Shown here: positions 1-17,523 of the stretch, piece after piece
How positions within the stretch are numbered: position 1 is the stretch's first letter
Layout: every line of letters starts with the position of its first letter
Origin: the human T2T-CHM13v2.0 reference genome, Homo sapiens
Direction: 5' to 3' (one strand)
Assembly (NCBI RefSeq): GCF_009914755.1
Contig: NC_060932.1
DNA length: 64,000 nt
Made by a program: the position numbers and the translations under genes
The notes under the pieces: model-generated
What the model saw: the letters and a program-made list of their open reading frames with translations, nothing else
Database searches by the model: none
Told to the model about the DNA's origin: nothing

Positions 1-149
1 ACAATAAAATTTGAGGAAATTTGTAACCAATTTATTTGTATACATAAAATAAATGACAGCAATAATAAAATAATGAGGGTTATTTTATTACTATAAAGTA
101 CTCACAGTACTAAAGCAGCATTAAAGAGTGGATTTTAATGAATTGTAAA

Positions 150-535
150 TCTATATTGCTAACTCTAGGGCAACCACTTAAAAATAGGAAAAAAAATATA
201 ACTGTTATGCTAAGAAAGGAGATAAAATGGTATTAAATAAAATGCTCAATTAAAAGCATCAAGGGAAGAAAAAGTAGAATTCAAAACTGTGAATAAAGGA
301 CAAGGGTAACAAATAGAAAACATTAGCGAATACAGTAGATGTTATTCCAAGTATGTCAATAATCACTTTAAACATCAACGGTCTAAATATACCAATTAAA
401 AGACAGAGATTGTCTGAGTGAATAAAAAAACAAGACCTAACCATATGCTGTTTACAAGAAGCACACTTTAAATATAAAGACACATATATATTAAAAGTAA
501 CGGATTGAGAAAGATATATCATGCTAACATATCAA
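150..535 (+). mobile_element. Ancient L1M fragment spanning the inter-ORF region and ORF2 endonuclease N-terminus
   Basis: 361-530 reads as decayed ITLNxNGLNxPIKRQRLSEWIKKQDxTICCLQExH, homologous to the ORF2 start at 13698. Confidence 0.8.
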
Positions 536-544
536 AAGAAATGA

Positions 545-1090
545 GGATCCAGACAATGGAATCTTATTCGGCACTAAAATTTGAGTAAGGTATTGAGCGA
601 TGAAAAGACTACTCAGGGAGGAACCATAATGCACATTACAAAGGGAAAGAAGCCAATCTGAAAAGACTGCGTACTGTATGATTCCAACTAAACGACAGTC
701 TGGAAAAGTTAAAACTTATAGAGACAGTGAAATGATCAGTGTTTGCCAGTGGTTGGGGAAGGAAGAAGAATAGGTGGAGCACAGAGGATTTTCAGGGTGG
801 TGAAACTACTCTCTATAGTACTAATGCTATATATATGTCATTATCAACTTATCAAAACCCATAGAATGTTTAACACCAAAAGTCATATAAACCATGGACT
901 TTGATAATGATGTCAATATAGATTCACTGACTGTAACAAAAGTACCACTCTGGGGCAGGATTTTCATGATAGGGGAGGTTGTGTACAAGTGGGTGCAGGG
1001 GATATATAGGAAATTCATGTATCTTCCACTCAGTTTTGCTGTGAACCTCAAACTGATGTAAAAAATAAAGTCTATTTAAAAAGTTAAAGG
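545..1090 (+). mobile_element. L1MC-type 3' end
   Basis: gaaagaagccaatctgaaaaga..tactgtatgattccaacta..ctggaaaag, ending in an aataaagtctatttaaaaa tail; same family as 39770-40315. Confidence 0.75.
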
Positions 1091-1587
1091 AAAAAGTTTT
1101 ACTTCCAGACACAAAGGTGTAACTGAATCAGACCAGCTATTCCCCCATAGTCAAAATAACTGATTGTCATGTTCTCCCTCCCTCTCTGTCCTTCTATATT
1201 ACTTTCTGCACAGGGATAGTGTTAGTGCCTTCTGGGATGGGAGAAAGGTCCTTCGAAAGCTCAGAAGATTCAAAGAAGTCTGAGGAATCAAACTGGAGGA
1301 GGGATAAATTCACCCAGATAACACTATCCTTGGGGTATGGTGCCAGGTTCTCCAGCTAGGGCCCTGACTTTGACATCTCACAACTACATCTGTGCATTGA
1401 ACTGTGTTGAAAGTTCACCTGCTCTGACTCTTAGACAAGGGTTTGGTCTTCAGCTCTTTCTGCTAATCTACTGCATGAGATAAGGGCTTCTTTGTAAGCT
1501 GCCAAAGCACTCTGGCTCTCATGCTTAGTTTTCAATGACTTGCTAATTGAGCATGGCTTGCATTGTCAAACCACTCCTCATGCCAAC

Positions 1588-2215
1588 TATGCTAGTCAGG
1601 TTCTCCAGCAATCAGACATTGAGATAACATTAGATTTACAGAAGTTGCACTGACAAGTAACGTCTTAGAAAAAAACCAAACACCGCATGTTGTCACTCAC
1701 AGATGGAAACTGAACAATGAGAACACAGGGACACAGGAAGGGGAACATCACACACCGGGGCCTGTTGTGGGGTGAAGGGAGGGGGAATGGATAGCATTAG
1801 GAGATATACCTAATGTTGAATGACGAGTTAATGGATGCAGCACACCAACATAGCACATGTATACATATGTAACAAACCTGCACGTTGTGCACATGTACCC
1901 TAAAACTTAAAGTATAATAAAAAAAATAGATAAAAGAAAGGAAAGGAGAAAGGCTTACGGAGAAGAACTCATCAGACGGTGATATAAGATCTCGCAAAAT
2001 ATTGGCCAACCCCATGGGAAGCTCTGGAACAAAGATTTGCTTTTAGAAGAGCCTCATATTGGGTTAAGCCATTGGCAAGAAGAAAGTAACCTCAACTCAA
2101 AACCTGAGGTAGACCCTAATGGAGCTAGCAGCTAGAGGCTGACAGCTAACCACACTCCTTGCTATGGGTAGAACCATTTCTTTACAAAGGATCTAAGATA
2201 TTCTTTTTCATCTGA
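1588..2215 (-). mobile_element. Old ERVL LTR16-like LTR interrupted by an L1PA 3' end
   Basis: tagtcaggttctccagcaatcagac..gag and ttggccaaccccatgggaagctctgga resemble antisense LTR16. Confidence 0.45.
1670..1927 (+). mobile_element. 5'-truncated L1PA (about PA4-6) 3' UTR with polyA
   Basis: gaacaatgagaacac..ggagatatacctaatg..cacatgtaccctaaaacttaaagtataataaaaaaa. Confidence 0.9.
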
Positions 2216-2237
2216 CACAAACACTATCAAATAAGTA

Positions 2238-2276
2238 GACATAATGGACATTTGGACATAATGGACATATGGACAT
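2238..2276. repeat. Short tandem repeat of (t)ggacat(aa/tt/a), 5 copies
   Basis: gacataatggacatttggacataatggacatatggacat. Confidence 0.7.
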
Positions 2277-2542
2277 CTACAAATGGAATGAATATCTACA
2301 GATGGAATTCCATGTATTCTAAAGATACATGGAATATTTACTAAGATAGTCCACCTGCTGAGGCATAAAAGATGTCAAATTCAGAAGGACTGAAATTATA
2401 TAGAATAATATTCCTGAACAAAAATGGAGTTAAACTGTGAAGTAACAGTAAAAAAAATCTTAAACTTGTAAAACTCAGATTATGGTAATTAGCATATCCA
2501 TCATCTAAAATATTCATTATTTCTTTGGGAACAAATTTAAGG

Positions 2543-3230
2543 CATGGAGGCATTATCCTAAGCAAATTAAGACAGAAACAGAAAAGCAAATATCGCATGT
2601 TCTCACTTATTGTAAGTAGAAGCTAAAAATTGGGTACTCATGGGCATAAAGATGGCAACGATAAATACTGGGGACTACTAGAGGGAGACAAAGTGCGGGG
2701 ACAAAGGTTAAAAAAATAATTCTTGGCCGGGTACAGTGGCTCATGCCTGTAATTCCAGCACTTTAGGAGGCTGAAGCGGGCGGATCACCTGAGGTCAGGA
2801 ATTCGAGACCAGCCTGGCCAACATGGTGAAACCCCGTCTCTTCTAAAATTACAAAAATTTGCCAGGCATGGTAGCAAGCACCTGTAATCGCAGCTACTCG
2901 GGAGGCTGAGGCGGGATAGGATAATTGCTTGACCCCAGGAGGCGGAGATTGCAGTGAGCCGAGATCACACCACTGCACTCCAGCCTGTGCGACAGAGCGT
3001 GCCTCTGTCTCAAAAAAGAAAACAAAAACAAACAAACAAACAAAAACGCCACCTAATTCTTGGGTACTATGCTCAGCACCTGGACGACGCAATCAACTGT
3101 GCTCCAAACCTCAGCATCACACCATATACTTACATAATAAATACTTCCAAGCAACTGCTGATTCTAAAATAAAACTTAAAATTTATTTTTAAGAATAATA
3201 TGATAAAAATAAAATAAAACATGAATGTAA
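2543..3230 (+). mobile_element. L1PB-type 3' end interrupted by an Alu
   Basis: atcgcatgttctcacttat..gggtactcatgggcataaagatggcaac..gggtactatgctcagcacctgg..ccaaacctcagcatcac. Confidence 0.75.
2725..3046 (+). mobile_element. AluS (Sx/Sz-like), full length
   Basis: ggccgggtacagtggctcatgcc..ggatcacctgaggtcagga; (CAAA)n tail; taattctt repeated on both flanks. Confidence 0.95.
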
Positions 3231-3879
3231 AAAGGCAGTTTATCATTTAAGAGGTAATCTAGCTTAATTTTTTATGAAAGTGTCTCTCTAGCCTGTTATT
3301 AAGCACATACAGGATTGAGGAATTTATTCTCTAAAGTAGCCTGATTCATTTTAAGATGTTCTTTAATGGTTGGAAATTATTTTATGTTAAAGTTAAATTT
3401 TCCCTCCCATTATTTCCACTTTTCATCCTAGTTCTCTCCTCCAGAACCTCTCAAAATCAATCCAAACCTTACTACACATGAGTCCTTAAAAATAATCAAA
3501 AACAGTTATCAAATTTCTGATTCTTTCCTTCTGCAGATGAAACATTCTCAGCTCCTTCAGGTACCTTCTCATGTGATTTACAATGACCCAGAAATATTCT
3601 CATTCCTTGCCCTTCAACATTCTTCAATTTGATTAAAAGACCTCCAAAGGTGAGCTTTCCAGAAGAGAACACAATATCTTAGGTGAGGTCTTCCCCGTGT
3701 GAAATACAGAAGCCACATCCCACTCTCACAAAAATAAAATAAAATAAATTTAAAAGGCATGAAGGGCAGGCAGGAGTTAGCTTGGATAATTTCTTTGGTA
3801 GACATACGATTGATTACTTCTAATTATAATCTCCTTCTTGGGACTCATCAGGCCCTAAAACTGGCTAAATAGTTTTATG

Positions 3880-4445
<566 letters not shown>

Positions 4446-6000
4446 AAAAAATGAAATGGTGACCAACAAGTTTTTGGTTTTGCGACTGGATACATAAGCC
4501 AAGACTAACATTACAAAAGGACAAGTATGTTGTGGGGGGGAAAAAGAGAATCATGAAGGAGTCTAAGTTTTTTGGGGTCTGTCTAATGTCTAGATTAGAA
4601 ATAAGGATCTGGATCTAGAAGCCACACCTAAAAAATAAATTTATATAGCAGGGTCACCAATCTATTTGACATAGTTAAAGTTGTAGGATTAGATGAGGAA
4701 ATAATCAGATGTTATAATAAAGAAATAAGAAACTAAGGGACACAGAATGAGAAATTAATGTCTAAGGAAATTAAAAGCAATCCGAGAGGTAGAAGTGGAA
4801 CTACAGCCCAATAATTCCATTGTTTCAAGAAGACAGAAGTGACAGATACCGTCAGATGGCAATAGAAGAGACCTGAAAAATGTCTATGGGTTTTGAAATT
4901 TAGCAGTTATTAGTAACTTTTGAGAGAGAGCAGTTTAATGGTATTTTAGGAGCAGAAGCCCGAGAGTCATGCAGTAAACAGGTCAGAAAATAAAAGGGTA
5001 AATAAGAGCACTCTGTCAAGATGATTGATTGAATTGCATATAAGAAAATCAAGGTAGCAAGCAGAGAAGTACCCAAGGACAAAGAAGGTGTTTTTTTTTT
5101 TTTAGTTTGTTTTTAGATGCAATAGATTTGTACATATTTATCACCTAAGGGAAAGAGCCACTGGAAAGGAAAGCATTAAAAATATAAAGAAAATGGGGAC
5201 ATTTGAAGAATGACTTATGTGTGATCACAGGAAGACAGCGGAATGAGTATTCATGAGTATAGGCATTAGATATTAGGTAGGAGGCACCTGTACCTCCTGC
5301 TTGTGGGGAACTCTCATTGGTGCACAGAAGTTAAAAGAATGATAAATGTTTAAAGGCATTTATATCACAAAGATACAAAGACAGAGTAGACAAGTAAACT
5401 TATTCCTCAAAAGCACGGAGGCCCCCTTGGAGTTGGAGATCATTTACTTGTAGTGGCACAAAGTGGCACCAAAAAAATGCATGCCTATGTTATGTTCTCC
5501 ATCACTGTTCCACTCACTTGGTAAAAGATAGTACAAAAAGATAAAAGGATTGACCTTGGGCTGGAAGTCTGTAAGGCAGATGGAGAAGAATAATTTGAGG
5601 GAGGAGGATTAAAGGATACTGCCTTTATAAAGATGGAAAGAGGCCTAGCAGTGTAATTTGACAGGATATGTGAAAAATAACAAATTAAAGGAGAGACCAC
5701 AAAGCAAGTGGATTGCAGAGAGGGATAAAGGTCCATCTGAGATTTGTGAATATGGAGATGTCTAATCTATGTCCAAATCAAATACATAGTTGGATACTTG
5801 AGTCTGACATAAAGGAAGAAATACGGACTGGGGTTAAAAGTTTGGTATTCATCAGCATCAAATAGTACTTAAATAGGTGAGAATGATATGATCACCTAGG
5901 GAGTAAACAAAGATAGAGGAGAAAGGAGAACCAAAGACTGAGCCCTGGGGCTCTGGAGCACCAAGACGTTGTAGAGATGAGAGAAGAAGGTTTAGAAGGA

Positions 6001-6917
6001 GTACAGCAGACAGAATTCTTAAATTCCTGTCTCCTGGTGTACAAACCCCAAATAATCCCCTCCCCTTGACTGTAGGTGGGACTTAATAACATAATTAGAT
6101 CTTACTCCCATGATTAGGTTATATCTTATGGGAAAGATGTAATTAAGGTCCCTAATCAGTAGATTTAAATTACTAAAAAAGGAACTTATTCTGTATGGGC
6201 ATGACCTAATCCAGCAAGGTATTTTATTATTTTATTCTGTTTTATTTTACTGAGAAAGGGTCTTGCTCTATCACTCAGGCTGGAGTACAGTAGCATGTTC
6301 ACTGCTCACTGCAGCCTTGACCTCCTGGGCTCAGGTGATCCTCCCACCTCAGCCCCCTGAGGAGCTGGGACTATGGATGCACGTCAACATGCCTGCTTAA
6401 TTTTTTATAATTTTTTCACAGAGACAAGAGTTTCACCATGTTACCTAGGCTGCTTTCAAACTCCTGGACTCAAGTGATCCACCCGCCTCAGCTTCCCAAA
6501 GTGCTGGGATTACAGGTGAGCCACTGTACCCCACTAAAATGTAAAATATTCTCTTCCTGGGCTTGAAGAATCCAACAGCCATGTTTTGAGAGGTTTTTGA
6601 GAGGGCCATGTAGCAAGGACCTGAAAACAGCCTTAGGAGTGGGAGTGACCCCGATCTAATAGCCAGCAAAACAACAGAGGCCTCAGTCTTAAAGCTGCAA
6701 GAAATGAGTTCTGACAATAATATGAAAGAACTCAAAGTGAATTCTTTTCCAGACAAACCTCTAGATGAGAAAATACCCCCGCCAACACTTTGATTTTACC
6801 CTTGTGAGACCCTGAGCCAGATTTTTGGCCAGCAGAAACTGTAAGATAACAAATGAGTATTATTTTAAGCCACAAAATTTGCGGCAACTTATGACACAGC
6901 AATGGGAAAACAACACT
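6001..6917 (+). mobile_element. MLT1E-like MaLR solo LTR
   Basis: gtacagcagacagaattct..aataatcccctccccttga..ggcctcagtctt..ttttaagccacaaaatttgcggcaacttatgacacagcaat. Confidence 0.75.
6221..6533 (-). mobile_element. AluJ nested in the MLT1 LTR
   Basis: gctcactgcagccttgacctcctgggctcaggtgatcc (J diagnostic) with a T-rich tail. Confidence 0.9.
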
Positions 6918-8831
6918 GAGAGTAATCATAGAAAATTACGAGTGCTGTTCTGGAAGCCAAATGATTAAAGAGGGAAGAATAATTAACTGTTGTCAAATGC
7001 TACTGACAAATGCAGTACGATGAGACCTGCGTATTAATTGTTGAATTTACTAAAGAGAAAAATTGTGGAATTATAGGGTAATTCAAGAGGAGATTTGCAG
7101 AAGTATAGAGGTGAAGCTCAAAGGAGACAAAAAAGTGGAGGGTTACCTAAGTTAGTAAATGAATAAAATTAAAATTTTCCAAGCATGTTCATTCTTCTGG
7201 AGTGTGGCATTTCTGACCAAATGTAAATTTAATACTTTGGGTTGCCTTCTTGTCTTCAGAAGAATAACCTCATCTTTCAGCGCATCTAAATGATGAATAA
7301 TTAAAAGGATCCTCTTGCCCTTGCAGCATTTCCAAAACAAGATGAAAATTGAGAGGCATCTGAACAACAAAATTTCCACAAAAATAATGTTTTCAATATA
7401 GTTCATACTTTGTGTGTTTTATAAATTCTCCCCAACACACACGCATACATACACACACACACATAACTGTAAATTCTCCTACTTTTACAACTCTAATTAT
7501 TCTGTACAGGTAGCACAGAAAAGCAACTTGAAGATGAAGTGCAGAAAACTATCTTCAGATTAAGGAGTAATGTATTATTTCTATAGGCTATATTCAATTA
7601 ACAGAACATTTAGCATAAGCAATTTTCAAACACATACACACACACACACACCCCCCAACACAAACATAAGGTAAAATACATTTATTGCAAAGACATACAA
7701 TCAACTACAACAGTGTAGTTAAAGGAATGCGTCTTTCTGTAGTTACTAACCCAGCTGAAGCAAATGCATTTTTTCGTAAAGTAACAATCATTTATTGTTA
7801 AATAACTATTGTTTATGTTTATCGAAAAACAATGCAGTGTAAAGCTAATATCTCTGTTCCTATTTCTTAGTTTATTTCTTTTGAAGATTGGTAAGGTGTA
7901 GAGATATTGATTTTATTCTCTAATAATCATTCCTTAAACTGTATTTCTGAATGCCATTACAACCCCAGGAAAAGAGAGCAAGAACAAGTTTAGTGCTCTG
8001 TTTGCCCATTTGTGTAGCACAAGTGGTACCAATTTCTAATAATGTGCCTACATTTATGGAGCAGCCGTTTGAGTTTTCAGCCTTGCTGGAATCGTGTTTT
8101 AGTTATAAAAAGGCCATACCGATGAGTTTTAGAGTGGATATGCGTACATGTGAATCTACCCTAGAAGAGGAAGCACTGTGTATCCACAGGAGTCTAGTGT
8201 TGAATCTAAAAAGAGAAGCAAATGGTATCTCAATTCTGAGAACTGTTTCTCACATCAAATTGCATTCACTTGAAAATAGTGAAAGTTGTTTTGGTGCATC
8301 TATTCCCGTGATTCAGTAAGGCACATGCTTTATCTTCTCATCATAAAAGGTGTAAACACTCTTATATGAGTTTCCTGGTTACTGAAAGAAGACACCAGTG
8401 AAGAGGTATTTATGCTAAAGTGAATATCCTCATCAACTTAGTCACTGATCTACTGCTGTAAGAGGAAGTCTATGCTAGTTGTACAATAAATACATTATGA
8501 TGGAACTTATATAAAATAAACTCTTGCCTTTTATTCATTTTTTGAATGATTGTTACCTCACCTTGGGAGAACAAAATACACTCTTTGTGTTGCTGTTGGC
8601 TGGTACAGAAAGTATTGGCATGAGTTAATCTACCATTGTTGTGGGTAGAAAAAAATACTCTTTTTCTCTGCTTGAATCCTAAGACTAGTTACAAGTTTTC
8701 ACAACAAATAAGATGATATAAGAATAGTACTTGGCTTTTTATACAGTAAATTACACCAGTGACATGTAAAAGGTGTAGAGAAAAAAATATTCTCTGACAC
8801 TGAAGAAATATTTATAGATTTATAGGCACTT

Positions 8832-9304
8832 GTATTAGTCAGAGTTCTACCAGATATAGACAGAGATGAGACAGAGATAGAGATAAAGATAGATAGAGAT
8901 GATAGAGATAAAGAGAGATAGATGGAAAGAAGGAGGAAGACAGAAAGGGAGAGGGAGGGAGAGAGAAAAAAAGAGAGAGATTTCAAGGAATTGGCTTCCA
9001 CAACTGTACGGGTGGCAAGTGCTAAATCTTTAGGGCAGGTTGACAAATTGGACAGTCTCCCGCAGGAGGTGACACTGTAATCTACACTCAGAGTTTCTTC
9101 TTCCTCAGAGAAGCCTTAGTTTTGCTCTTAAGGCCATTCAACTGATTGGATGACGCCAACCCAGATTATCAAGAACAATCTCCTTTACTAAAAGTCAACT
9201 GATTACAGATGTTAACCACATTTACAAAACACTTTAGTTAGTGTTTAATTGAAAAACTGAGTACTATAGCTTAGCCATGATGATGAATAAATCTGACCAT
9301 CATA
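8832..9304 (-). mobile_element. MLT2C/D-like ERVL solo LTR with internal GA/GATA-rich tract
   Basis: tgtattagtcagagttct..aaggaattggcttc..aggccattcaactgattggatgacgcc..atctgaccatcata. Confidence 0.8.
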
Positions 9305-10216
9305 ACATCCATGACTTAAAAGGCACTGGGCTAGCATAAAGAAGTCTAGATTGAGTAAGCCCTCCTGGGGCTTAGAAGTTGATAGAGAGAATCATGTTTG
9401 GAACATGACATAAGAAAATTTGTTATAAAAACAGAGAGGAGTCTGGAAATCAGGCTGCATATGTAATACACATTATAAAGATATCATATGCCTAGTACAA
9501 AAATAACACAAACAGGAAAAGTTCTGAATGGAACCTACTACATACTAAATTACCACATGATATAAGAAGCATCATCAATCAACCCAAAAATTGTCGATTA
9601 TTGAAGAAATTGGGCTGGGAAAATTGAGTACTAGGGAAAAAAATTGAGTTTGACACTGCTATCAAAAATTGGTTTGAATAGTTGTGAAAAGTTAAATGTG
9701 GAAATTCTGATAAAATGGCAATGTAGGAAAAGCATCTGACACTCATGACCAAACCCCCACTATAACTCCAACTCCCCCCGACCACCACCAATGCTTGAGG
9801 AAAACAAGTGAATATAAAAATAAGTAAAACCTTATATCAGCACTGAAAACTAGCAAACTTGTGATGCACTTTTACCAGTTTTGAAGAATTGTTGCTATAT
9901 AAAGCACATGCGGGATCGAAATAAAAGAAAGAATAAGTTCAAGACAGCTCACTAGTAAATGCTCAGTGCTCAATCCACGATCAGAAAACCTTAACAGAAG
10001 ATTTCAAGACCTTCTACCTCAGAAAGTTAGGAGCAACACTGAAACAACCATACTGTTATTTAAGGCTTTCACCTTCCCTGGGTGCCTACAGGAAAGCAGT
10101 TCAGACAAAATATATCTTATCATGTAAAGTAAGATAAGATAAACGAATAAGAAAACTGATAAATTAGATATAAAGGATATGTTAGAAAGTATAAACAAGT
10201 ATTTTATAAAACTGTA

Positions 10217-10446
10217 AGCTAAGTGGCTCACACCTGTAATTCTAGCACTTTGGGAGACAGAGGTGGGAGGATTGCTGGAGTCCAGGAGTTTGAGACCAGC
10301 CTGGGCCACACGGTGAGACACCATCTCTACAAAATTAGAAAATTAGCCAGGAGCGGTGGCATGCACGTGTATTCCCAGCTGCTCTGGAGGCTGAGGTGGG
10401 AGGATCACTTGACCCAAGGAGTTCAGAGTTGCAATGAGCTATGATC
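10217..10446 (+). mobile_element. AluJ lacking its 3' end and tail
   Basis: gtggctcacacctgtaattctagcactttggg..gagttgcaatgagctatgatc, then an abrupt end. Confidence 0.85.
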
Positions 10447-11344
10447 TCTTCTCAGGAGACCACCAAGAAATACATGAATTATTGGGGTAAAAGGACTATT
10501 TCAGGGAAATCCAGAAAACTAATGAGTTTTGCTTTTTAATTAAATTGGTTTGATGAATGGGCTCTGTGTTCAGAAACAGGAGCTCAGCAGGAGAGGCCAT
10601 GAAGCAGTGAAGTGCTAGGAATGGGAACATACCTTGCTTGGGAGGCCAAAGGGGCACACACCAAATCAGTGAAGATAGGAACAAAATACACCTGGGTCCC
10701 CAAAGGGCAAGAGGAACTTTGATGATATATGAGTTCCACACATTTAATATATGATGTGCCCACCCAAATTAAGGAAAAGTAAAGAAATGGATGAATTAAT
10801 CAAAAATGTTTGCTTGGGATGAGTGGTTAACAAATCAGTTCATAATAATGATAATATTAAAACTGTTAGAACCCGAAACAATATACATAATAACTTCCAT
10901 AATCATTGAGAATTTTATAAGAAAGCACAAACAACCTAGATGAGAGTACAGGGGAATATTTATGTAACCTTAGCCCTTCATTAAACAAAGGCATATCAGA
11001 AATTCTTCACAGATTTGATCAAAAAAATTATTAAAATCATAAGCTCAATCAAAAGGTAACAGGGAAAATTTATGGACTGATTTCTTCTGGCATTATTTTT
11101 AATTTAATTATTGATATCAAGCATTATTTGTATAGCAAGAATATTAACTGTTTTCTGTAAAAACTGTAGCAATGAACATAAACAGTTAATTCCCAAGAAA
11201 ACAGCCATAAAATAAACATAACTTTTGATCCAGTGACTACAGTTATAATGTAAGAAATGATGAAGGATATAAACAAGGGGGTTGGCTGCAAAGATTTACA
11301 GTGCACCACTGTTTTCTCCTCCATTGGATACACTGCCCACTGTT

Positions 11345-11457
11345 CCCATGATGTAGGCACACTGAAAGCTCAGACTTCACTACTATCCAAAGTATCCCTG
11401 TAACCATAAACCACTTGTACCTCGAAAGCTATTGAAATCCAAATAAACTTTTAAAAA
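11345..11457 (+). mobile_element. L1PB-like extreme 3' end among older L1ME remnants
   Basis: ctcagacttcactactatcc..tgtaaccataaaccacttgtacctcgaaagctattgaaat. Confidence 0.6.
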
Positions 11458-11717
11458 ACATTGTTTTCAATGGCAAAATGTTATAAACAAATTAAATTAT
11501 CTACTAAGACAGAAATAAGTGAATTATGGTCATAGAAAACTCAATAATCAAATTCTAGACATCTATTAAATTGAAATTATTAAAGAATAGTTAATAAAAC
11601 ATTCGTCAAAATATATTAAATGGAAAAAGCGTATCATCCTACCCAATCTGAATTTTATGAAAGACATTTCCTAAGTAGGATCCATGAATTTCTATGAAAA
11701 ATGAGATTTAAGACTTT

Positions 11718-12617
11718 GTGGGGAGGAGCCAAGATGGCCGAATAGGAGCAGCTCCTGTCTACAGCTCCCAGCGCGAGCGACGCAGAAGACGGGTGATTTC
11801 TGCATTTCCATCTGAGGTACCGGGTTCATCTCACTTGGGAGTGCCAGACAGTGGGCGCAGGTCAGTGAGTGCGCGCACCGTGCGCGAGCCGAAGCAGGGC
11901 GAGGCATTGCCTCACTTGGGAAGCGCAAGGGGTCAGGGAGTTCCCTTTCCGAGTCAAAGAAAGGGGTGACTGACGCACCTGGAAAATCCGGTCACTCCCA
12001 CCAGAATACTGCGCTTTTCCGACCAGCTTAAAAAACGGCCCACCACAAGATTATATCCCGCACCTCGCTCGGAGGGTCCTATGCCCACGGAGTCTCGCTG
12101 ATTGCTAGCACAGCAGTCTGAGATCAAACTGCAAGGCGGCAGCGAGGCTGGGGGAGGGGCGCCCGCCATTGCCCAGGCTTGCTTAGGTAAACAAAGCAGC
12201 CAGGAAGCTCGAACTGGGTGGAGCCCACCACAGCTCAAGGAGGCCTGCCTGCCTCTGTAGGCTCCACCTCTGGGGGCAGGGCACAGACAAAGAAAAAGAC
12301 AGCAGTAACCTCTGCAGACTTAAATGTCCCTGTCTGACAGCTTTGAAGACAGCAGTGGTTTTCCCAGCACGCAGCTGGAGATCTGAGAACGGGCAGACTG
12401 CCTCCTCAAGTGGGTCGCTGACCCCCGAGCAGCCTAACTGGGAGGCACCCCCCAGCAGGGGCACACTGACACCTCACATGGCAGGGTACTCCAACAGACC
12501 TGCAGCTGAGGGTCCTGTCTGTTAGAAGGAAAACTAACAAAGAGAAAGGACATCCACACCAAAAACCCATCTGTACATCACCATCACCAAAGACCAAAAG
12601 TAGATAAAACCACAAAG
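11718..12617 (+). promoter_or_regulatory. L1 5'UTR bidirectional (sense plus antisense) CpG-rich promoter
   Basis: YY1 site caagatggccg at ~11730; RUNX-type tgcatttccatctgaggta at ~11801; SOX-type aaacaaa at ~12189; many CpGs retained. Confidence 0.85.
11954..12169 (-). CDS. ORF0: LINE-1 ORF0, intact 71 aa (MAGAPPPASLPPCSLISDCC...RCVSHPFL)
   Basis: ATG (cat at 12167-12169) to stop at 11954 gives 216 nt; matches the known primate L1 antisense ORF0 length and sequence. Confidence 0.85.
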   Translation of the reverse strand: MAGAPPPASLPPCSLISDCCASNQRDSVGIGPSERGAGYNLVVGRFLSWSEKRSILVGVTGFSRCVSHPFL

Positions 12618-13634
12618 ATGGGGAAAAAACAGAACAGAAAAACTGGAAACTCTAAAAAGCAGAGTGCCTCTCCTCCTCCAAAGGAACGCAGTTCCTCACC
12701 AGCAACGGAACAAAGCTGGATGGAGAATGACTTTGACGAGCTGAGAGAAGAAGGCTTCAGACGATCAAATTACTCTCAGCTATGGGAGGACACTCAAACC
12801 AAAGGCAAAGAAGTTGAAAACTTTGAAAAAAATTTAGAAGAATGTATAACTAGAATAACCAATACAGAGAAGTGCTTAAAGGAGCTGATGGAGCTGAAAA
12901 CCAAGGCTCGAGAACTACGTGAAGAACGCAGAAGCCTCAGGAGCCGATGCGATCAACTGGAAGAAAGGGTATCAGCGATGGAAGACGAAATGAGTGAAAT
13001 GAAGTGAGAAGGGAAGTTTAGAGAAAAAAGAATAAAAAGAAATGAGCAAAGCCTCCAAGAAATATGGGACTATGTGAAAAGACCAAATCTACGTCTGATT
13101 GGTGTATCTGAAAGTGATGGGGAGAATGGAACCAAGTTGGAAAACACTCTGTGGGATATTATCCAGGAGAACTTTCCCAATCTAGCAAGGCAGGCCAACG
13201 TTCAGATTCAGGAAATACAGGGAACGCCACAAAGATACTCCTCGAGAAGAGCAACTCCAAGACACATAATTGTCAGATTCACCAAAGTTGAAATGAAGGA
13301 AAAAATGTTAAGGGCAGCCAGAGAGAAAGGTCGGGTTACCCACAAAGGGAAGCCCATCAGACTAACAGCGGATCTCTCAGCAGAAACCCTACAAGCCAGA
13401 AGAGAGTGGGGGCCAATATTCAACATTCTTAAAGATAAGAATTTTCAACCCAGAATCTCATATCCAGCCAAACTAAGCTTCATAAGTGAAGGAGAAATAA
13501 AATACTTTACAGACAAGCAAATGCTGAGAGATTTTGTCACCAGCAGGCCTGCCCTAAAAAAGCTCCTGAAGGAAGCGCTAAACATGGAAAGGAACAACCG
13601 GTACCAGCCACTGCAAAATCATGCCAAAATGTAA
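12618..13634 (+). pseudogene. ORF1: L1 ORF1p with one nonsense mutation (CGA>TGA at codon 130)
   Basis: 1017 nt (338 codons plus stop) in a single frame; TGA at 13005-13007; REKG, ARR and YPAKLS motifs retained. Confidence 0.95.
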
Positions 13635-13670
13635 AGACCATCGAGACTAGGAAGAAACTGCATCAACTAA

Positions 13671-17523
<3,853 letters not shown>

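Larger units (their letters stand above)
5690..7050 (-). mobile_element. L2a fragments flanking the MLT1 insertion
   Basis: gttggatacttgagtctg..gatcacctagggag..gactgagccctgggg, resuming after 6917 (tggaagccaa..tgtcaaatgctactga). Confidence 0.6.
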
